Origin: Halocafeteria seosinensis | Lineage: Eukaryota | Reading direction: 5' to 3' | Assembly (NCBI GenBank): GCA_001687465.1 | Contig: LVLI01000437.1 | Span: 1 to 58,029 of the forward strand | DNA: 58,029 nt | Part shown: in pieces, positions 13,192-22,100 of the stretch | Layout: every line of letters starts with the position of its first letter | Numbering within the stretch: the stretch's first letter is position 1 | Translations under genes and position numbers: made by a program | The notes under the pieces: model-generated | Told to the model about the DNA's origin: nothing | Database searches by the model: none | The model's input: only the letters and a program-made list of their open reading frames with translations

Positions 13192-16100
13192 ATGGAAGCT
13201 CTCGGGCGGCTTATCCTTTCCTCCGTGGGACTCGGAGCTGCCTTGTGCATTACGATGACAGCCGATGCCGTCCCTTCCGGTTGCACGTATGAAATCTCAG
13301 TGAACGACCAATGCTGCTACTGCTTCATTGGGACGTACATGGATGTCCAAGTCAACGCGACGAATTTCTGCTGCGATTGCGAAGTAGGTCTAGATTACTA
13401 CCACGATTCCTCCGCTCTCAGCAAGCATGGTATATTTGTTGTTTACGTTTTGCAGCCTGGGACTGTAAATAACGATGCGACATTTCAGAGATACTTTTCG
13501 CGTGCTGAAACCTGCACGAAATGCCCCATCGGAACATTCCAGAAAGACTCTGGCAAGACCGAGTGCAAAACTTGTCCGTTGGGTCGATACTCTGGTGAAG
13601 GTGCTACAGCATGCACGTCATGCGCTCCTGGTCGATTTCAGGATGATAAATTTAAGAGTGGCTGTAAGGAATGCCCTGCTGGCTTTGCAGAAGAATCCTC
13701 TGGTTCTTCGAGTTGTAACATCTGCCCTAAGGGATTTTATGCCAAACCGGAAGCCACAAGTTGCAGGCGGTGTCCAAGAGGATACATTGGCGACACGGAA
13801 GGTTTAGAAGATTGCAAAATATGCGATAAGGGGAAGCATGCGGGACGCCAGGGTTTAACGTCCTGTAGTACCTGCTCCCCGGGTAATTTCGAGGACTCCA
13901 TGGGGGCGGCATGGTGCAATAGATGTCCAGGCGGATACTATCAACCCAACAGTGGCGAAACCACATGCATCCAGGCCGATAAAGGTAATTACGCCAAACG
14001 AGGCGCGCGAAGTCAAACACCATGCCCAATGGGAAGGTATGCAGCGTCCCCCGGTTCGCCTAATTGGCGCTGCGAAGGCCAGGTACAAGCAGGGCGATAC
14101 TCTCAGCAGTCTGGTCTAACGAGTAAAATCGCAGGCAGTCTTTGCCCGGCTGGGCGCTATGGACGTGCAGGGGAGACTGATCCACAGTGTACTGCTGCAT
14201 GCCCTGCTGGGTATTTTTGTAACGCAGGGACTGGTGAGGGAGAGTACGAGGAGTGCGGCGACGTCTCCCTGTATTGTCCCCGTGGTAGCAAGGCTCCTCG
14301 GGAAGTCCCTGAGGGACACTATGCGTCCGGTAAAACGAAGCAGACTCAAGGCCACGCTCACTTATGTCAGCTTGGCCACTACTGCCAAAACTCGGAAATA
14401 TTTAACTGCCCCGAAGGATACTACGGTGGAGAAAGAGGACTGACGGTAGAAACGTGCTCGGGTCCGTGCGATGACGGCTACTATTGCCCAGAAGGTAGCG
14501 AATCGCGAAGGCAAGAAGAATGTGCTCCCCCAGATGCTCCTAATGATGAGCGGACTCTGTACTATTGCCGAAATGGGCTCCGAATGACGTGTGACGATGG
14601 GTTTACTAGCCCGATCCACGGTAATAAAGCTACACGCACACGCTGTCATTCTTGCCCTCATACTCATCGGTGTTTTAAAGGAAGGCGACTCTCTAAAATT
14701 TCTTGGAATGACCGCTATTGTAGATTTCATAACCGCAGAGACACGATGTATGTTCGAGAAGTAGATGTAGACTCAAGCCCCGAGTTGATTGGGGAAAGAC
14801 TATCAGCCGATGTTAGGGTTGCGAACGAGAAGCTGTATTATTGGGTGTCGTCCATCGTGGAAAATGGCAGAACTATTGAGGGTGGAAAGTGCGAAGATGA
14901 TGTTACGGAGAACTCACCGATATCGATGGTGACACTCGTTGACCAAGGTAATACGTTTGGCGAGGGAAACGAAAAGATCCAGCAGTATGATGGAATGCTC
15001 AAGGTCAACAATGGATCTACTCTGCGCTTTGACCAATGTGGACGTTATGATGTACAAGTTGGTATTACTGTGGTTGAGTCTAACGTAAACGAATCGATTC
15101 CGGGTGTGAGCGCTACCTTAACCGAGAAGTGCCGTTTCGAAATGGTGGTAGAGTTTGTTAACTCGCCTCCGCAAAAAGTTGACGGCAAACTCGGTGACAC
15201 CGAAAAGATGGAAGTTTTCCGAGGAACTGGCGTGATGGAATCTTTTGGAGACTCTCTTGCTCCCAAATTTGATGACCCCGATGGGCAAGAGCTCATGTTT
15301 ATGCTAGCTGAAACAGACGGAGAGGGTAACGACGTCGAGCATGATCACCCGTTCACAATTGGTGCCTGTAGTGGACAAATGAAAGTCCGTGACCCGACCA
15401 TGCTGATCGAAATGGAAGAAACAGTGGTCACATTTTTAATTATGGTAACCGATAATGCACCTGATAACCCCGGAGAACTTTTTCAGAAAGTTGAGGTGAC
15501 ATTGATTCAACCGAATCGTGCTCCACAGGTGGCGGATGACCCTCCCGCTCTGTATGTCATAGAAAAATCTCCCGCAGGGACCCCAGTGTACACCGCCCAG
15601 GATCCATCCGGTGTTAATACCACGAGTCTGCTGGATCCTGCCTTTGTAATGGACCCTGATGGCGATGCACTTAATGTCTGGTTGTCACCATGTACGACGG
15701 AAAACTATTGCAATGCCTTCTCACTGTCTCCGGATGGGAACCTCACTGTGAAACATCCCGGATTCCTGTCTTTTGACCGGCCACGAGATCTTGCTCTCTT
15801 CGTCCGAGTAATTTACTCAGATCAAGATGCAGAGCCGGTTGAAACGCTCGTAGAGCTGACTGTTCAAGAGTTGAGATCCGCCCCGTCTATTGAAACTACT
15901 TCATTTTCGTTCGACGAAGACGTGCAAAATGGTACCAGAATCGACACGCTGGCAGCCGTGGATAATGGCGCGACTGATTTCCGATATCATACCAAGTCGA
16001 TCCGCAACAATCGTGGTGAAGAGGAGTCGCGGATTTCAATATTGAGCGATGGAGGTATCGTCGTAATTGACAATTCGTTTAACTCGATCCTTTGTCGTGA

Positions 16101-19100
16101 CGTGCCTTGCGCAAATTGTTCAGATTTTGATCTATGGATTGAGGCGATCGTCACGGCTGAAGTCACCGAGAGGACTGATTCCTTGCCTGGTCCAACTGAA
16201 TCCGCGCCTACAGCGGTCAGGTTTGAAATAGGGCTGGTAAACCAGCCGCCGCGGTACATTGCTCCAGCTCAAGCCGTGACGGTAGAGGAGAATATTGCGA
16301 CAACTGTGGTCGATGTCTCGCGGTTTTTTTGTGACAGAGAGGGTGACAGCATGTTCTTTTCGATCGATCCAGATGCTACCGGTCCTGCAACTCAGTTTTC
16401 TGTGGGCAACGATGGGAATCTTGAACTTGAGGAGGCATTAGACTACGAACGCTTCCAAGTTGTCAATATTCCAGTTGTGGTACAAGATATTGGATCTTCG
16501 GAATCTCAAGAAACAACCCTCGATATTTACGTCGTGGACGTGCCGGAACCTGGGACTGTTCATCCGGAGGAGATGCAGGTGCAAGAACTCTACGAAGGGC
16601 AGGTTGGCAACATCAATGTAACTGACCCTGATATCTACGCCGGAACCAATAAGTGGCTGTCTTCAGAACCCTCGAAATACAAGATCCAACAGAAAACATT
16701 ATCGGACAAGTTCGTTTTGGAAGAAAATGGAACAGTATATGTCGCTCCAGGATATATCCCTGATTTTGAGGATATCGCGACAGGAAGGGGGGACCAAGCA
16801 CTGCTATCGCTCCAATATTCTGTGATCGATACTGTGAATGAGGTGTCAGCTGAACACACTCTGGACATTCGTATTCTGGACGTCGCCGAAGCTCCTTTTT
16901 TCGAACCTCGGGAACAAAAGTTCTCAATTTCGATTACATCCGAACCTGGGGATACACTTGGTACAGTCGAAGCTCTAACTCAAGACTTTGATGATCCCAC
17001 CTCGGTATTCCTGACAAGTGGCCCCTATCTGAAGGAAGGTGCTTCAAGGAAACCGTTCTCCCTTACACTCCGCGAAAATGGACAACTGTTGGTTGAGCCT
17101 GGAGTGCCCATAGACCTTAACAGCTCCGATGTGGACTCAGAGTATGAAATCCGTGTGCGCGCTGTTGACAGTCAAGGCTTGGAGGTAAATGGGACGCATC
17201 GAATTAAAGTCACGAATTCGCAAGCGAATCCTTTTTGGGAGGAACCAAACGCATTTACAGAAGATGGTGACGGGAAAATTGTCCGATACATAGATGAACA
17301 CCATAGTGGAAAATACAACCACCTTAATCTGCTGTGTAAGGACCCTAATGAGCGAGAGGTGCGATATCAGATATTATCGATGGATCCACGGGTGTATGGT
17401 GACATCCTTAAGTTTAATCGATTCGATGGAACATTGAGTGTTTCGGAACCGGAACTCTTGGATTACGAGACTCTCAAAAACGATGGACACACGACGGTCT
17501 CCATTCGTTTGACTTGTCTTGATGACTTTAACGCGCAAGCAGACTTGTCTGGGATGCTCGAAATGCGTGTGAACAACGTCCCGGAGCCTCCACAATTTCT
17601 TTCGGACAGTTCTTTGCTCGAATTTTCCGTGCACGAAGACGCACTTGAAGGCCTTGTGCTTGGGGAGGTTTCAGCCTCTGATGAAGACTTTGAAAGCGCG
17701 TCAAACTTTTCGTTTACCATTGTGCCGGAATCGTCTGTCCCGTTCACAGTGACAGAACCAACATTTGCTGAAGATGGACATGTTGGCCGGGTTAACCTTA
17801 CAGTAGACGGTGAACTGGATTACGCCAAAACTTCTTCACACACGTTTCGGATCAGAGTAATGGATGAAGGAGGAAAAACAGCTGAGATTCCCGTCCACGT
17901 GTCGATAGTGTTTGTTAATACGCCCCCCGAATTTTTGCGAAAGACCTACGAGATTTCAGCTCCTGAAAGCGCGACGAACGAAGATGTTTTAGCCACAATT
18001 GAAGATTTCCCTTTTAACGATAGGTATCTTGATCCGACTCACACTCTGAAGGTCATTTGGGCTGATTCTCCTGGATTGCTGACCGTTGTATCTAATAATG
18101 AGCTACGGGTAGCATCTGGTCGGTCGTTAAATTACGAGCAAATTTGGTACCACAAGTTTGCTATACGTGTTGAGGATGCTGGTGGTCTTCATGACGATGC
18201 CAACGTCACCCTGTTTGTCAAGAACGTCAATGACATGGGTCTTCAGCAGGCAAGTGGCGGGCCGCACTCGACAAAGGGTGGGTCGATAATCACTATTCAA
18301 GGTGCCGATTTAGGGCCCGTTTGGCGGCCAGCAACAATTAACGCCACTATCAGGGCTCCCGGCGGACACATGGTTCTCTTCAGTCAGTGCTCGCGAGGGC
18401 AGGAAGAAGACGGTTGGAACAACAAGAACATCGATTGCGAGGTACCATCGGGTGTAGGTGCCAGCCTTATCTGGACCGTGCACATTGATGAAGACTCTAC
18501 AGAAGCGCCATTTACAACACAATTTTTCGCGCCAGAGATTACCTCGCTTCAACACTGGCCAGAAAGTGCGTCGACAAGCGGTGGGGAACAGTTTCGCATC
18601 GAAGGCAAAAACTTCGGTCCCAAGCAATTGCCCTCGGCAAACGGACAGTACATTGCTAACCCAGTTGCAATTAGCTACGAAAGCTTGGAGGATTTTCGAG
18701 TGGGCACCTTGCAAGCATCGGATTGTGAAGTCATAAAAGAGGATGAGGAAATCCAGTGTACGACAATTGAGGGCGCAGGTTCTGAATTACGCTTCCGGGC
18801 CACAATAGGTACTCTCAATAGTGGCTGGCAGCAACGTTCGCCTTGGAAAGAAACGAATAAGGGGTACCAGCATCCTTCTGTAGATTCAGTTGTGCCATTA
18901 AGCTTCAATTTTCCCACCGATGGCTTACCCAGAGCTCTTCGAGTAGATGGACGAAACTTTGGTCCCTCCGACAACTTGATCACGGCCAAGATAGAAAATG
19001 AGCAATTTGAGTGGTCTCTCCCATGCAGTCGAAGCAATCATACAGTGCTGATATGTGATCTTCCGGAAGGTCTCGGTAGAGAATTGAGGGTCCGCGTAAC

Positions 19101-22100
19101 TGTGGCCAAACAGATTTCGTCAATAGAGGGAGATGATGATACGATTTCCTATGATCCACCACAACTAGGTGAAGTAGTCGATGTAGTCGGTAAACCCCCT
19201 CAGGATCTTAATACCGAGGGTAATGAGCTTGTCATCTTGATAGGCGAGAACTACGGCCCTGTCATCGAAAATGCGGTCACAAATGTGATTTCTGTACGAT
19301 ATGGAGAGTCTCTGGAATACCAAGCCAAGGACTGCTTTGTCTCAGTGCCTCATGCACAGATCCGATGCATTACAGTAGAAGGAATCGGCAAAAATCACAG
19401 TTGGCAAGTAGAAGCTGGCGGACAACAGTCTAATATACTACTGGATGTCAGCAACTACCATCCGCCTGTTGTGGCGACATATTCCAGACCGAATAGCAAC
19501 GTCATTGGAGTGAACGATTTGAAGACCCCTGGGAATGAGACTGTGGTTATCCATGGTCGGTATTTTGGGCCTGCGGATACTGAAATTGATTTTGCGAAGT
19601 ATGGTGATGACAACGTCACCTTTTTTGCTCAACAATGCGATGTATTGGACCATACAGTTATGCACTGTATGAGTGATGCGGGTGCAGGTGAGGGTCATTT
19701 TTGGGAGATTCAAATTGGGGGGCAGTCTTCCGAGATAGCTACGACTGCTTACAAGGAACCTAGTATTAGTTACTTCGAAGGACATGATGGGTCGGATCCC
19801 CAGCGCTTGCGTACTACAGGGAATGAATGGATAGACATTGTTGGGGAAAATTTCGGGCCAAGGACTGCGTATCTGGAATCGGTTACATATGGTCCAAGGG
19901 GAGATGAGCATAGTGCCACAAGCTGTACGGTACACTCGCACCAGCGTATCCGTTGCCAGACTGCCCCAGCGCATGGACAGCTTCATAAGTGGCGAGTGGT
20001 GATTGCAGGTCAGCGCAGCAAATTAAGTGAGACAACTACCTCGTACGCACCTCCAGTGATATACTCAATTTTCCCGGATCACGGTCCTACCGGATTTGAC
20101 AAGTCTAGAGGAGTCATGCCGACTTTGAAGATAAATGGCACTGATTTGGGCGAAAACCTAGTACAGCGTATCCCCATTAAGATCCGCATGGATACGGATG
20201 GCCGGCTTCGGAAACTGAAAGAACTGGAAGAAATAGTAGAAGACAGTGACGACGTGTTGAGCAGAGTTCTTGCTCGTCAGCAAGAAGATCCTTCCACGTG
20301 GATGGATGATATTGGCGCTCTGGGATTTCCGCCCTCGACTATGGAGCAGTGGCTGGATGACATCGTTTCCATTGACGTAGGCATTACCGAGATCGAGCCT
20401 ATTGAAGGCGGTGCCCCATATGAACAACAAATCTCGGTTGCATTACCCTCTGGATTTGGAACTAACCGCCCACTGTTTGTTAGCGTGGGCGGTACGTTCT
20501 CTTTGCCTGTGCAGTTCGACTACGACCCACCCTCTATCGAGGGGATTTCGCCGTCAATTGAAGGTGACACCGTTTTGCTTACTATCTATGGTTCCAACTT
20601 CTGTGGCGGAAGCTCTTGCGTCGGACCTTCGTGCTGCGGGCTACTACGCGTTGACGGTGTCCCTAGAGAAGTGGAGCCTGAGAACTATTTCCATGATGAA
20701 ATCCGTGAAAGGGTACCAAGTAGCATGCTCGTATTTACGCCACGTGGACGACCAACTGGAACAGTGCAGGTTTCTGTCCTACATCAGTCTCAGTCGACGA
20801 ACATAAAGCCGTTCAAGGATCCCTTGCCTGAAATACCAAGGCAAGAAGGCCGTGTTAAGCTTAATGGATTTGCCACGGAGGGATCGGAAGACTTCAAACT
20901 TGTAGATGTGAAAGAAGTCCAAGAAAGCCACACTGCAGAGCAAGTAAGCGTGACTATTGGGGGAGAACCCTGTACTTCTTTTCAGGTCGACCAAACAGTA
21001 TTTGAAGAATCGACTCAGACGTGGCGCGGAAATATCTCATGCATTACCCCACCACACATGGGAAACGATCTTCTCGTCTCCATTACAGTAGACGGGACAG
21101 AGGCTCCTAATTCGGATGTTACTGTGGATTACGCTTCTCCCACAATCTGTTCTGTTGACTTTAATGACACAACACCGAACGCTGTAGTGTTTTCTCGAGA
21201 AACGGACGAATGCTCAGATGTTTTCTCCCGTCGAGGGCGTGCCTTAGACGACTCTAAAAAGGAACGGCTCCCCACAACTGGAGCTGTTCTTCTTATCAAG
21301 GGGGATAATTTGGGATCGTCAGAATTGCCATTTGATCAGGAGCCGTTCCTCTCCATTGAAAGCCTTCAAGAAGCTACGAAGCCGGAGCTGCATGATCACC
21401 ATCTGTTGCGAGTGCGCATACCCCCCGGTGCTGGTGCAGATCGCCGGGCTGAGTTCTTCGTGTCCGACTTTAGATCATCGGGTTCACCTCCTCCGTCATT
21501 TACTTTTGATTATATGGTACCACGGATAGACGAAATAGTGCCGAGGGAGCTTCCCACAAATCCAACCCCGGCAGATCGAATGTTTATCTTCGGCGCAAAT
21601 TTTGGCCCACCTACAGGAACATATAGGGCGGAATCTAGCGACGCATACTGCCCTGACGTCCTCGTTGAGTTGGATACAGACCACGATGGTGCCTATGATG
21701 CCACTTGTGACGTACTTGGCTCCAACCATAGCGTAATAGAGTGCCAGCCTCCAGAAGGTCAAGGGAACAAAATCCTCTTGCGGGTGAGTGTTGATGACCA
21801 AAGACCGGAGTCGCCAGCTGTCCTTAGCTACAAATCCCCGTCGGTAGAATTGATGGATCCTGCCTCTGGCCCCACCAGCGGGAAAATTGGCGATGGAGAA
21901 CCCGTAAACATAACGATTACAGGTACCAATTTCGGTAGGAGGGGTCATATTCAGTTTGGCGAACAAGTGGTACCGCCGCTGAAGTACAATCATGAGGAGA
22001 TCGTATTCCGTCTTCCAGATGGATTTGGCGAAGGTCTGTCGGTGTTTGTAATTCCTGATGGCTGGAATCCTAAAAATGCTGGTGCAAGCAAGCGTATGTC

